DNA of 64,000 bases, taken from Candidatus Latescibacterota bacterium (GTDB taxonomy: Bacteria > Latescibacterota > CBDEFO01). The stretch spans positions 3,072,001-3,136,000 of the forward strand of contig OZ252149.1 of assembly GCA_965248755.1 (NCBI GenBank), in the 5' to 3' direction. The position numbers were made by a program, and so were the translations under genes. Positions 31,541 through 41,989 of the stretch are shown here, piece by piece. The first letter of the stretch is position 1. Every line of letters starts with the position of its first letter. Below the pieces are notes generated by a model. The model was given only the letters and a program-made list of their open reading frames with translations, was not told the origin of the DNA and made no database searches.

Positions 31541-32434
31541 TCAGTGGTGGTGTTTTTCCTCCTTATGACCGCCTTCTTCATGGTGTTCCTTCTCGAGCGC
31601 CTTTTCCTCCACCTCCTTCTTCGGATATTGAAACGTCAGCTTGCCGATCTTCTTACCGCTAAGGGTGAGATCAGCCACGGCCTTGAAAGACTTGACTGCC
31701 TTTAGATTCACTCTAGCAGCGAGATAGGAGACAGCCGCTTCTTTATTCTCTTCCCCATGGTGACCTTTCTTCTTATGCTGTTCTCCCTGCTGGAGTGACC
31801 CTTCCGAGCTTTCGGCTACAGACAGTTTCAGGCTCTTGGTCGTCCCGTCTGCAAAAGTCAAATGCACCACCCCGGAGGCTTCAGCCGCAGAGAGGGGCTT
31901 CATAGCTTTATCATAAAGGTAGAACCTGATCTCTCCCTTGGCCGAATCGGCGACGAACTCTGCATGATAATTGCCTGCCGACAGAACATCTCCGCCGTGA
32001 GTCGAGGCGTTAGGGTGCTCCTTTGGCTTTTCGTAAGAGAAGCGCCTAGGTAGGGTCTTCCCCTCGATCTTGAGACTGACCACGGCGATGAATCGTTTCA
32101 CTCCCTCCAGGTCCACCGCTCCGCTAAGGTGGTCCCCGGACGGGGATAGCGTTACAGTCTTTGTCCCCCTGCCCGGAATCTGAAGGATAGCGCTGCCGGT
32201 CACACCTGAGATCGGAAGGGTCTGTTCCTTTTTGTCCAGCAAATAGATGTGCACGGCCTGATGCTCCACAACCATCTCATAGTGGTAGTTTCCAGCAGTG
32301 ACGACCAGGCCGCCGTGGGGCGACTTATGACCGTGTTCCTCCTGGGAGAGCGCCGGTGGCGCTGTCCAGAGTACCGCAATCATCGCGTACAGAGTCAGAT
32401 GGAAGATCCACTCGATGCCGATTCTTCTGCTCAT
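31541..32434 (-). CDS. His-rich exported protein with two repeated HGG...GNYH domains
   Basis: HGGLVVTAGNYHYEMV and HGGDVLSAGNYHAEFV; His-rich linkers; ends KHHH; AGGAGA RBS. Confidence 0.8.
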   Translation of the reverse strand: MSRRIGIEWIFHLTLYAMIAVLWTAPPALSQEEHGHKSPHGGLVVTAGNYHYEMVVEHQAVHIYLLDKKEQTLPISGVTGSAILQIPGRGTKTVTLSPSGDHLSGAVDLEGVKRFIAVVSLKIEGKTLPRRFSYEKPKEHPNASTHGGDVLSAGNYHAEFVADSAKGEIRFYLYDKAMKPLSAAEASGVVHLTFADGTTKSLKLSVAESSEGSLQQGEQHKKKGHHGEENKEAAVSYLAARVNLKAVKSFKAVADLTLSGKKIGKLTFQYPKKEVEEKALEKEHHEEGGHKEEKHHH

Positions 32435-32536
32435 AGTTTTCTTCTCCTGTAGAAAAGGGTCTCGCCAGCTTTGAGGGAACATAGCGTTATGCTGAACCCT
32501 CCACAATGCGCGCTGACGTTGATATTTAACGCGTCT

Positions 32537-35500
32537 TTAGTCTTCTGCCCTGATCTCATCGACCTCCGGGGGTTCATTCTCGATCGGCGACTCCTGCTGT
32601 GCCTTCAGGTACTTCTCCACCGCAGGCCGGCCGAATCTGAAGAAGACCGTCGGAGTAACGAACATGTCCAGCAGCGTGGAGCTCACCAGTCCTCCGAACA
32701 CGACGAAGGCCAGAGGATAGAGGATCTCCTTGCCCGACTCGCCGGCGGCCAGCATCAACGGAAAGAGTCCCAGCCCGGTGGTCAGCGCCGTCATCAGCAC
32801 CGGCACCAGCCGTTCCAGCGACCCCCGGATGATCATCTTTTCGTTGAACTGCTCTCCCTCCTCCTGTACCAGATGGATGTAGTGGGAGAGCATCATGATC
32901 CCGTTCCTGGAGGCGATGCCGCAGAGCGTTATGAACCCGACCAGGGTGGCGACGGAGAGCACTCCGCCGGTGATGAAGACCGCGATCACACTCCCGATCA
33001 GGGCAAAGGGGATGTTGAGCATGATCTGCAAGACGATCCGGACCGACTTAAAGTGAGTGTAAAGGACCAGGAAGATCATCCCAACCGAGAAGATGCTCAA
33101 AATAGCGAGCAGTCTGCTGGCCGCCTGCTCACTTTCGAACTGCCCTCCGTAGGTCACGAAGTAGCCTGTAGGCAGATCCACCTGTGCCCGGACTTTCTCC
33201 TGGATTGCCCGCACTACGCTGTTGAGGTCTCGTCCGGCGGTGTTGCACTGGATCACGATCCGGCGGCGCGCGTTCTCGTGGGCAATGATGTTGGGCCCTG
33301 TGGTCTGGACCACATCGGCCACCAGACTGAGGGGAATCTTGGCGCCGGTGGGAGTATCGATCAGCGCGTTCTGGAGCGATGCCGGGTCATTCCGCGACTG
33401 TTCATCAAACTGCACTATCACATCGAAGGTCCGCTGTCCGTCCAGAATCTGAGAGACTACGCGGCCGCTGAAGGCCGTCTCCAGGGCCTCCGCAACCTCG
33501 GCCATGCTGAGTCCATACCGCATGGCCTGGTCTCGTCGGATATTGATCTTCACCTGGGGCACCAGCACCTGTTTCTCCACCTGGAGATCCACCACCCCGG
33601 GCACAGTAGCCATGGCGTCCCGGATCTCTCCGGCCTTGGTTCGCAGGACCTCCAGGTCCTCCCCGAAGAGCTTCACGGCCAGTTGTGCCCGGACGCCTGA
33701 GAGGAGGTGATCAATCCGGTGGGAGATGGGCTGGCCGATGTTGAGGACGGTACCCGAAATCTGAGAGACCCTCGCCCGAATATCCGCCAGGATCTCCGCC
33801 CGGCTCCGGTCGGATTCCTTCAGATCGACGTCGATCTCGGTGGAGTGCACTCCCTCGGCGTGCTCGTCCAGCTCCGCCCGACCTGTACGCCGTCCAGTCG
33901 AGACCACCTCCGGCACGCCTAAGAGGAGTTGCTCGGCGATCCTTCCGAGCCGGTTCGACTCTTCCAGAGAGGTTCCGGGCACGGAGAGGAGGTTGATCGT
34001 GGCGGTTCCCTCGTTGAAGGAAGGCAGGAACTCCCGCCCCATCAACAGCACGAGAGATGCTGCAACCAGGACCAGCGCGCCGGTGATCCCCATCACGGTG
34101 TAGGGGCGCTTCAGTGTGATCCGGAGCTGCTTTGTGTCCCAGTGCTTCAGCCACCGGACGAAGAAGCTATCCTCCTCTTTCTCCATGAACTTCGCCTTCG
34201 GCAGAAGGTAGACGCACAGCGCAGGCGTCACGGTCAGTGAGACCAGCAGCGAGGCCACGATCGACACGACATAGGCGATCCCCAGGGGCGTGAACATCCG
34301 TCCTTCCACACCGCCGAGAGCAAAGAGCGGCATGAAGACCAGAATCACAATAATGGTGGCGTAGACGATGGAGTTCCGGATCTCGCTGGAGGCTTTAAAG
34401 ACCACCCGCAGGGAGGATTCGGGATCAGGCCTTTGCCGGTTCTCCTTCAGACGCCGGAAGACATTCTCCACTCCTACAATGGCATCGTCCACTAACTCCC
34501 CCAGGCCCACAGCCAGCCCACCCAGCGTCATGGTGTTTACGGAGATGCCGGCGATCTTGAAGAAGATGGCTGTCGTGATGAATGAGAGCGGGATGGCCGT
34601 CAGGGTGATGAAGCTTGTCCGGAAGTTGAGCAGAAAGAGAAAGAGCACCGCCACCACCAGCACCCCCCCGTCCCGCAGGGCCTCCTTCACGTTGCGGATG
34701 GAAGCGTCGATGAAGTTGGACTGTCGAAAGAGGTGGGTGTCGATCTTCACGTCGGACGGCAGGGAACCTTTCAACTCTTCCACTGCCCGGTCGATCTGTT
34801 CAGTAAGGGGCATCGTGTCAGAACCGGGCTGCTTCTGCACCGTCAGGATCACTGCCGGAAGGCCGTCCATTCCGGCGTCGCCCCGCTTGAAAGGGGGACC
34901 GCCGTAGCGCACATCGGCCAGGTGTTTCACCAGGATCGGCGCCCCGTCCCGAACCGTCACCACCGCGTTGCCGATGTCCTCGAGCTGTGTGGTACGGCCG
35001 ATATTCCGGACCAGGTACTCCTGTCCGCCCCGAAAGAGAAACCCGCCGCCGGTGTTGACATTGGCAGCGGCAACGGCTGCTTCAAGCTCCTGAAGGCTCA
35101 CATTGAAATCCCGCAGTTTCTCCGGGAAGACCCGTACTTGGTACTGCTTCACGTCGCCGCCGATGACCGTCACCTGGGCGATGCCCGGAATAGTCAGCAG
35201 ACGCCGCCGCACTATCCAGTCGGCCAGGGTCCGCACCTCCATCGGCGAGGTGGATGTTCCGCTCATACCGATCAGCATGATCTCCCCCATGATGGAGGAG
35301 ATGGGTCCCATTACCGGGGTCACTCCTTCCGGGAGCTGTCCGACGGCCATCTGAAGGCGTTCGGAGACAAGCTGCCGATCCCGATAGATGTCGGTGCCCC
35401 ACTCGAACTCCACGAAGATGAGCGAGAGCCCGATGGAGGAGAAACTGCGGACGCGGCGGACACCTGGCGCCCCGTTCATCACAGACTCGATCTGGAGTGT

Positions 35501-35695
35501 AACCAGGGCCTCCACCTCCTCAGGCGCCAGGCCTTCGGCCTCGGCGAAGATGGTCACTCTCGGGCGGTTCAGGTCCGGAAAGACGTCCACCGGCAGGTCG
35601 AGGATGACCATTATCCCGTAGACCAACAGCAGCGCCGCCGCCGCTACGACGAAGAGCCTGTTTCTGATTGAAAAGGCCAGAAGTTTATTGATCAT
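32537..35695 (-). CDS. czcA: CzcA-type heavy-metal RND permease (divalent cations)
   Basis: VDVFPDL, LVDDAIVGVENV, GRAELDEHAEG, ERLVPVLMTA. Confidence 0.92.
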   Translation of the reverse strand: MINKLLAFSIRNRLFVVAAAALLLVYGIMVILDLPVDVFPDLNRPRVTIFAEAEGLAPEEVEALVTLQIESVMNGAPGVRRVRSFSSIGLSLIFVEFEWGTDIYRDRQLVSERLQMAVGQLPEGVTPVMGPISSIMGEIMLIGMSGTSTSPMEVRTLADWIVRRRLLTIPGIAQVTVIGGDVKQYQVRVFPEKLRDFNVSLQELEAAVAAANVNTGGGFLFRGGQEYLVRNIGRTTQLEDIGNAVVTVRDGAPILVKHLADVRYGGPPFKRGDAGMDGLPAVILTVQKQPGSDTMPLTEQIDRAVEELKGSLPSDVKIDTHLFRQSNFIDASIRNVKEALRDGGVLVVAVLFLFLLNFRTSFITLTAIPLSFITTAIFFKIAGISVNTMTLGGLAVGLGELVDDAIVGVENVFRRLKENRQRPDPESSLRVVFKASSEIRNSIVYATIIVILVFMPLFALGGVEGRMFTPLGIAYVVSIVASLLVSLTVTPALCVYLLPKAKFMEKEEDSFFVRWLKHWDTKQLRITLKRPYTVMGITGALVLVAASLVLLMGREFLPSFNEGTATINLLSVPGTSLEESNRLGRIAEQLLLGVPEVVSTGRRTGRAELDEHAEGVHSTEIDVDLKESDRSRAEILADIRARVSQISGTVLNIGQPISHRIDHLLSGVRAQLAVKLFGEDLEVLRTKAGEIRDAMATVPGVVDLQVEKQVLVPQVKINIRRDQAMRYGLSMAEVAEALETAFSGRVVSQILDGQRTFDVIVQFDEQSRNDPASLQNALIDTPTGAKIPLSLVADVVQTTGPNIIAHENARRRIVIQCNTAGRDLNSVVRAIQEKVRAQVDLPTGYFVTYGGQFESEQAASRLLAILSIFSVGMIFLVLYTHFKSVRIVLQIMLNIPFALIGSVIAVFITGGVLSVATLVGFITLCGIASRNGIMMLSHYIHLVQEEGEQFNEKMIIRGSLERLVPVLMTALTTGLGLFPLMLAAGESGKEILYPLAFVVFGGLVSSTLLDMFVTPTVFFRFGRPAVEKYLKAQQESPIENEPPEVDEIRAED

Positions 35696-35708
35696 AAAAG
35701 CTCACCTC

Positions 35709-36872
35709 CTATTTGAGTCCCTGAGACCAGAGCTGATGAGCGCCCACGGTCACCACCCGCTCCCCTTGTGTCGCGCCGGTGCTCACCTCTATAAAATCTC
35801 CGTCCCTCTGCCCCAGGGTCACCTCCCGGGCAACAAATTCCTCGGGCTGCGTATGCACGTAGATCAGACTCTTGCTGTTGCCCTCAAGGATCGCAGCGAG
35901 GGGGACAGCGATAGCCGTTATGGGTTCACCTGTGTCGATATCCACCTGGGCGAACATACCTGCCTTGAGCCGGCCGTCGGGATTGGGCACTTCAAAGATG
36001 GCCTTTGCAGCCCGGGAGTCCTCATCCAGGGCCCCGCTCAAACCGACCAGTCGGCCTACAAACTGCTCACCTGGATAGGCTCTCGTCGTCACGATCGCGC
36101 GCTGTGCCTTCTCGACTCTGGGCAAATCGGTCTCGTAAACCGCGGCAGAGACCCAGAGGGGGTCCAGGCTGATGATCCGAAGGAGCCAATGATCGGCGTC
36201 CACCCGCTCGCCTACGACCACGTTGGCTTCTGTGACAGTCCCCGCGATAGGTGCGCTTACGTAGAGGTAGTGGACTGTTCGATCACCTTTGTGGACGACT
36301 TCGTACAGGCGCATTTCGTTAGATAGACGCGTGAATTCGGCCTTTGCTACTTCTACCCGTGCCTGGGCTTGCTGTAGTTCTTTGAGACTCGCGATCTGGC
36401 GGAGTTCCTGATGTCGGGCGTACTCCTGTTCAGCCTGCTTCAGCGCACTCTTCGCGGCGTTGTAGGCTGCCTCCAGAGCGAATTGGTCTGCTGGGAGCTG
36501 TTCGAGAACTGCCAGGACGTCACCGGGAACAACCTGATCTCCAATCCGGGCAATGGGATGATCTGGATCAGTAACAACCCGTCCGGACGTCACAGGGGCT
36601 ACATCGGCCTGACCGCCAGCACGTGGGATAAACCTGCCGACGGTCTCGATTTTGGTGGTCAGGATACGTTGTCGCGCCGGCTCAGTCCTGATACCTATCA
36701 AGAACTGTGTCTCCTTGGAGACGAAAAGGGGAGCACCGGTGGCGACGGTGCTCCCGGTCGACGACGGAGCCTCTTTATGATCATGGCCTCCGTTGGCGTG
36801 GACCTTCTCCGGGAATAGCGTCGCTGCCAGCATCCCGGCTATCACAACACATGATTTGATCAGCAGTTTCAT
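35709..36872 (-). CDS. RND periplasmic adaptor (CzcB-like)
   Basis: VHANGGHDH; SAPIAGTV; LKAGMFA; GERVVTVGA. Confidence 0.9.
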   Translation of the reverse strand: MKLLIKSCVVIAGMLAATLFPEKVHANGGHDHKEAPSSTGSTVATGAPLFVSKETQFLIGIRTEPARQRILTTKIETVGRFIPRAGGQADVAPVTSGRVVTDPDHPIARIGDQVVPGDVLAVLEQLPADQFALEAAYNAAKSALKQAEQEYARHQELRQIASLKELQQAQARVEVAKAEFTRLSNEMRLYEVVHKGDRTVHYLYVSAPIAGTVTEANVVVGERVDADHWLLRIISLDPLWVSAAVYETDLPRVEKAQRAIVTTRAYPGEQFVGRLVGLSGALDEDSRAAKAIFEVPNPDGRLKAGMFAQVDIDTGEPITAIAVPLAAILEGNSKSLIYVHTQPEEFVAREVTLGQRDGDFIEVSTGATQGERVVTVGAHQLWSQGLK

Positions 36873-36874
36873 GA

Positions 36875-37438
36875 TTAATTCCTCCTTTTCTCTTTTCTCT
36901 TCGCACGGCGCCAGATAACGCCGACCAAGGTTATGGCCACCAGCGTTATCCCGAGCCAGATACCCCACACCCCCCAGCTCTGATGGCCTGCTTTATCATC
37001 CTCTTTTCCAACATGCAGGCCGCTCAGGGGAATCAGATCGATCCGTTCACCCGCAGTCACCATGGCGATCAGATCGTAGACGCCAGTATCTGGGAGCGCC
37101 AGTATCGTCCTGTATATCCCAGGTGTCTCGGTCGGACTCATCGTCAGGTTGACCTGTGCGTCGGGGATCTGAATCTCGACCTGTGCCCCGCCTACTGGCG
37201 CGTTTGTGGGAGCATCGGAGAGGAAGAGCGTCAGTTGGACCTCATTGGAGGGGTCTGCGAGGGGATACTTGATCACCACCTCAAACTGCTCCGTGGTCGC
37301 CCCCAGGACCTGCAGGTCGGAACCGTGAGCAGGTACAGTAGCCGTCTCCGACGCAGTGTGGTCTTTCCCTCCGTTAGCTTGTAAAGAAACCGGTACTATC
37401 AGAAGTAACAGAAGTGCAGTTATGCTACATATTCGCAT
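36875..37438 (-). CDS. Exported protein with a C-terminal membrane anchor (YtkA/FixH-like Ig fold suspected)
   Basis: Signal peptide; NAPVGGAQV; PGIY; C-terminal TM helix followed by a basic tail. Confidence 0.7.
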   Translation of the reverse strand: MRICSITALLLLLIVPVSLQANGGKDHTASETATVPAHGSDLQVLGATTEQFEVVIKYPLADPSNEVQLTLFLSDAPTNAPVGGAQVEIQIPDAQVNLTMSPTETPGIYRTILALPDTGVYDLIAMVTAGERIDLIPLSGLHVGKEDDKAGHQSWGVWGIWLGITLVAITLVGVIWRRAKRKEKRRN

Positions 37439-37466
37439 CGGTTTACCTCCTCTATCTTTTTTCGAT

Positions 37467-38786
37467 CTATCGTGTCGCAGCCTTAAGGGGGCCGCCAACG
37501 GCCTGTTCAAGCCTGGCCAGAGCCTCGCGGTAGGCAAAGAGGACATCGAAGTAGGCAAGACGCATCCGGGAGATCCGATCGGTCTGGACGAGCAGGACGG
37601 TTAGGTCGAGTTCACCGGCCTCGTAAGCTTTCACGAGCAGATCAGCGTTCTGCTCAACACGCGGAAGCAGCAGTCGGTAGGACTCCTGCGCCTGTTTTAC
37701 CCCTATGAATCGCCGGTAGGCGCTGGTGACCTCCATTCTGATGCGCTGCTCCAGGGCCTCGCGCCTGGCCCTGGCTACGTTCTTTTCAGCCTTTGCCTCC
37801 TGCACGCCTGCCTGGTTTCGGTTCAGGAGGGGCAGCGGAAGCGCCACCTGGATGCGAAAGAGACGATCCCTATCGCGAATGCCCCCAATGCCTCCGATGA
37901 TCGCGGGATCGCCGGTGAAATCATCTGGCGTGAAAACCGTGCTCTCCTGGTCATAGGTGAGGGATATCTTCGGGTTAGGAATCGCAGATGCAAGCGCAAG
38001 ATCGATCCCTTTCTGGGCGGCCTGTTCCTCCAGGCTCGTCGCCACAAGATCCTGGCGTTTCTCTAAACTGAGTCGCACAAGTTGGTCAAGGCCGAGGTTA
38101 AGAGACATGAAAGTAGTGTCAGCCCTCACAGCAGTGACCTGTTCTTCAGGAAGGCCGAGGAGGAGATTCAAGTCAGCCAGGGCAGCCAGGGATTCGGCCT
38201 CCAGACGGGAGCGTTCAGCAGTGGCCAGGCCGAGTTCAGCAGCGATCAGGTTGACCTCCAGCTCAGAGATTTCGCCTGCCCGGTAGCGCAGCTCCGCGGC
38301 GACAGCCAGGCGTTCGTTTAGGGTTAGGATACTATCGGCCACTTTTAGTTTCTCACTGCTAAGGGCCTGGCGGTGATACGCAATTTTTACCTCACCCGTC
38401 AGGAGCTGCTCGAACCGCGCGATCTCGGCATGCACCCGATCCAGAGTCATATTGGCGATCCGCTTCCGTTTCCCGCGCTGGCCCGCGATCTCGATCTCCT
38501 GGGAAAGGGAGAGGCTGTATCCGCCGTTGCCCCGGTTGCCGAACAGGCGGTCGGAGGCACTCTCGAATTCAAATTCGGGATTGAAGGGGAGGAGGAGTCC
38601 TGCCAGTGTCCGCTGGCTTCTGGCAACACCCAGGCGCAATCGTTCGGCCTGCAGGTCCGGATTTCTGGCCCGGGCTTCGCTGAGAGCCTGCTGAAGGGTT
38701 AAAACTTCCTGGGGAATTGAGGTCATCGGAGCCCCCAGTAACAGGGCAACGAGACAGACCGACAGAAGAACTGGACGACAGAGCAT
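37467..38786 (-). CDS. TolC-family outer membrane protein (CzcC-like)
   Basis: ARARNPDL, SQEIEIAGQR, PLPLLNRNQ, YEAGELD, LEQAVG. Confidence 0.9.
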   Translation of the reverse strand: MLCRPVLLSVCLVALLLGAPMTSIPQEVLTLQQALSEARARNPDLQAERLRLGVARSQRTLAGLLLPFNPEFEFESASDRLFGNRGNGGYSLSLSQEIEIAGQRGKRKRIANMTLDRVHAEIARFEQLLTGEVKIAYHRQALSSEKLKVADSILTLNERLAVAAELRYRAGEISELEVNLIAAELGLATAERSRLEAESLAALADLNLLLGLPEEQVTAVRADTTFMSLNLGLDQLVRLSLEKRQDLVATSLEEQAAQKGIDLALASAIPNPKISLTYDQESTVFTPDDFTGDPAIIGGIGGIRDRDRLFRIQVALPLPLLNRNQAGVQEAKAEKNVARARREALEQRIRMEVTSAYRRFIGVKQAQESYRLLLPRVEQNADLLVKAYEAGELDLTVLLVQTDRISRMRLAYFDVLFAYREALARLEQAVGGPLKAATR

Positions 38787-38954
38787 CTATTAAACTCCTT
38801 TCAGAAAAACCTATTGTGATGTCTATAAGCTGAAAAAGAGATCTAACTCACCGCTTTTAATGAAGAAGCAAGGAAATATGCAGATATACTACAGGAAACT
38901 ACACGACAAAAAGAAGAGAGGGAAGTATGAGAAAAGGATATTGAGTGCGGAGAA

Positions 38955-39368
38955 TTAAATCAGATAGGTCGAAAAGAGGGCATAGAGGGGCCCTTGCAGG
39001 CCACCGAAGGGGATTTTGAGGTAAGCAAGGATTGATTCGGACGTATGTAGAAGATCCGGCAGGAACAGCGTCGGGAAACCGCCTGAAGTGGCAACCTCCC
39101 CTGACAGAACCGGTTTGACCAGCAGGGAGGACGCTGTCAAGATGAACTCACCGGCCCCCCCGGCGAAAATGTGGAGACAGCACGCATCGGCATCCACTGG
39201 AGCAGCATCGTGGTGGTCTTCATCTCCACTTGCTTCCCCTGGGTGCACGTGTGAATGATTTTTAAGCAGCTCTACGAATTGCGCACAGAACGCCGCCGTT
39301 ATCTCCGGGAAGATACAGAGGCAAAGTACACAGAGGAGAGAATAGATGCCAAGTTTTTTCTTTTTCAT
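38955..39368 (-). CDS. Small His/Cys-rich exported protein leading the czc operon
   Basis: Hydrophobic N-terminus; HSHVH, DHHD, ACC; ends PLYALFSTYLI. Confidence 0.7.
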   Translation of the reverse strand: MKKKKLGIYSLLCVLCLCIFPEITAAFCAQFVELLKNHSHVHPGEASGDEDHHDAAPVDADACCLHIFAGGAGEFILTASSLLVKPVLSGEVATSGGFPTLFLPDLLHTSESILAYLKIPFGGLQGPLYALFSTYLI

Positions 39369-39387
39369 AAACTTCGTCCTGCATATG

Positions 39388-39416
39388 TTAATATACTGGG
39401 CCTGGTCTATTGTCAA
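39388..39416 (-). promoter_or_regulatory. Sigma70-type promoter of the czc leader gene
   Basis: TTGACA-17 nt-TATTAA on the minus strand. Confidence 0.5.
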
Positions 39417-39931
39417 TATACTGGACGCCCTGCCCTCGTTCAGGTTCCCAAGTTTTTGTGGCGTTTACCCAAATTCTTGGAAGGAACGGTTGAGAGCTTA
39501 GTCTTAGGACATAACCTGATGACTCTTCCTGTCTTTGCAGTGTGCCAATCAGAGGACAGCAGGAAATAAGATACAAAAGAAGTTACTGGATGTCAATAGA
39601 AACTGCGCAAAATAACCCGGTTATCTCGCATAGTGAATTGCCCTGTCTGAAACCACTACTTTGTTCCCTTCCCATTGCCTTCCTGAATTATCCGTCCGTT
39701 CTTGCCATTACCTGACGTCTCCAGAACCCAGTATCAATCTATCTCCTGTCGCTCTGCCTTTTTGTATAGCGCGACTCTTTTCCAGTTCTCATCTTCACTG
39801 CTTTTGGTCATTGTACCTCCTTTGTTTTCTTTTATGGTTTCCCCAGCAGTCTGATTATGATTTTCTCTTGCAGAGTTCACTTCGCAAAATGATATGGACA
39901 GCTGAGAACAAGACAAGAACCATAGAAAACA

Positions 39932-40213
39932 CATACGGACCCCCTTTACAGAGCGACAAATATTTGGCAAATTGGGTTTTGAGGCTTGTCCCCGAGTGAT
40001 GCTGTCGGGGAAAGGAGGTCAAAGTGTCAAGCCCTGAAGTGAAAGATGGTAAGCGCTGGACGGTGATTGATAAGGCAGATGTAGTGCTGGCTCTTTTGAT
40101 AAGGAGCGGATGTATCGGAAGTATGTCGGGAAAATGGTATTAGCCAGTCGCAGGCGTATGCTTGGCGTGATAGTTTCTTAGAGGGAGGCCAGGAGAGTTT
40201 GAAGTCTCATCGT
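39932..40213 (+). mobile_element. Truncated IS3-family relic (left end plus part of orfA), same element as 49383-50670
   Basis: Aligns with 49383-49635 (gcgacaaatatt...aaaggaggtc...gaagtgaaagatggtaagcgctggacgg). Confidence 0.88.
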
Positions 40214-40330
40214 GTGACTGCGTTCGCGAGGATCATCTCGGGGACACGGCATGCCTGGCCATGGCCCACTTTCCGCAGTAAACTCCAAAATGGAGCTTCT
40301 GATCTAATATCTGACTTCTGCCTATAAAAG

Positions 40331-41458
40331 CTAAAGCACAGCCCGATCCACAAACCAGAACACCCCGAAGCAGAATATGACCGCAGACGCGCCGATGATC
40401 ACAACCGTCTCGTACCATCTGTATCTACTTGCATAATACAGGGCCGGGAATAATATAGATACGATTGCCAACTGTCCTGCTTCGACCCCGACGTTGAAAG
40501 ACAAAAGCGAAAGGATAAGCCCCTCCTTTGGGAGCCCCATCTCCCGCAATATGCCCGAAAATCCGAATCCGTGAACAAGACCAAAGAAAAACGTGATAAT
40601 CCACCTCTTGCTGCTGTCTTTGGTAAAAGGGAAAGATCGAAAATAGAAATAATATAGATTTTCCGCAGCTATGTAGGCGATAGAAAGGGCGATCCCCGCT
40701 TCGACTAACCTCGAGGGCAAAGAGACTACCTCCAAAGTAGCTACTATTAACGTTATACTGTGCGCTATGGTAAACGAAGTCACTATCTTGACCAGGTTCC
40801 CCAAGGTCTTTGCCAATATCAAAAGCCCCACCAAAAAGAGGATATGATCGTAGCCTGTAAATATGTGCTCTACGCCTAATTTCAGAAATTCGTATATCTG
40901 CGCCAGGAGCGATGTGCCTTTCCTATCTAGCTCAAGTTTATAGTCGTTAGCGGGGTTAAACACATGTTTTTGAACGTCATCGCCGAGATTTATCCTGGCA
41001 AAGTTCTGGTGCCTTAGATCTATATCGCTGAGTACCGTGCATTCGATTTTCAAGTCCTTTATTTCATCTTCACTTTGATAGATCATTGCGATCTGCAAAG
41101 ACGTGACGTGCAATCGGCCCTTGTGCGGCGTTTCGGACATTCTGAATCCCTGTAAAGAGGGCTGGCATCCGACGCCGTTATTGATAACTGTGATCTTCTG
41201 ACTCACATACGCAAATATCGCGTCTTTGTGCTCTTCTATCTCGTTCCTTGCGATCAACTTATCGCCGTCGCTGTCTATCCTTACGGCTTCAGAAAGGTCA
41301 GAGCTTGAGATAGAAAGTGTGTATCTAATACTTCTTTCCTGGACAGATATCTTCGAATAGCTAATAGTATTAGTATGCGCCCAAGCGTCATTTGCGGGTC
41401 GAACCCCTGCCATCGTCAGGGCCGCTATTCCTAACGACAAAAGAGCCTTTTTTAACAT
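40331..41458 (-). CDS. HupE/UreJ-family membrane protein with an N-terminal periplasmic domain
   Basis: GVEHIFTGYDHILF, SFTIAHSITL, FGLVHGFGF, FNVGVEAGQ. Confidence 0.92.
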   Translation of the reverse strand: MLKKALLSLGIAALTMAGVRPANDAWAHTNTISYSKISVQERSIRYTLSISSSDLSEAVRIDSDGDKLIARNEIEEHKDAIFAYVSQKITVINNGVGCQPSLQGFRMSETPHKGRLHVTSLQIAMIYQSEDEIKDLKIECTVLSDIDLRHQNFARINLGDDVQKHVFNPANDYKLELDRKGTSLLAQIYEFLKLGVEHIFTGYDHILFLVGLLILAKTLGNLVKIVTSFTIAHSITLIVATLEVVSLPSRLVEAGIALSIAYIAAENLYYFYFRSFPFTKDSSKRWIITFFFGLVHGFGFSGILREMGLPKEGLILSLLSFNVGVEAGQLAIVSILFPALYYASRYRWYETVVIIGASAVIFCFGVFWFVDRAVL

Positions 41459-41989
41459 TCCATCTGACCTCCTGTTCTTATATTTCCCTCAAAGTGTCGC
41501 AGAGCTTTTAGAAAATATAGTTACAGAGTTCTTCAAAGTCCAGATTTTTGGATCTACTGTCTATTCTTATCTTGTCAAACAGAGGAGAAATTGTTACATG
41601 TAAGATGTAAGAGGTCTTGAATATCTTTATCGAGTCAATCGCAGTTAGTTACTAACAGGAAAGAGAGAGGAGAGCTGATCGGTCAATATCTGTGAGTGTG
41701 CCTGTCGGATGACATATTTGCTTGCCTACAGAGACCGTAATTTGAGATTGTGCCGACGTCACTGGTTGTCTTAGATCAGGTTGCGAGTATCGATCTGATG
41801 CGAAGAGGAAGCCTGGGAATCGTAATCTGATGGATTGTCAGCACTCCTCTTACAAGGGGAAAGCAGTAGGGCCACAGCCGGCCAGAACAGCTAACACGAA
41901 GATCTTTCCCTCGTAGGAACTATACCTAAAAAGGTAATACAGCGACCGCAAGAGGGGCAAAGCTTTTTGCAATACGGAAGGCAAAACCT

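Noticed and set aside
32471..35671. Long plus-strand ORFs (409 aa, 312 aa, 179 aa)
   Set aside because: Antisense shadows of the GC-rich czcA gene, with no recognisable motifs.
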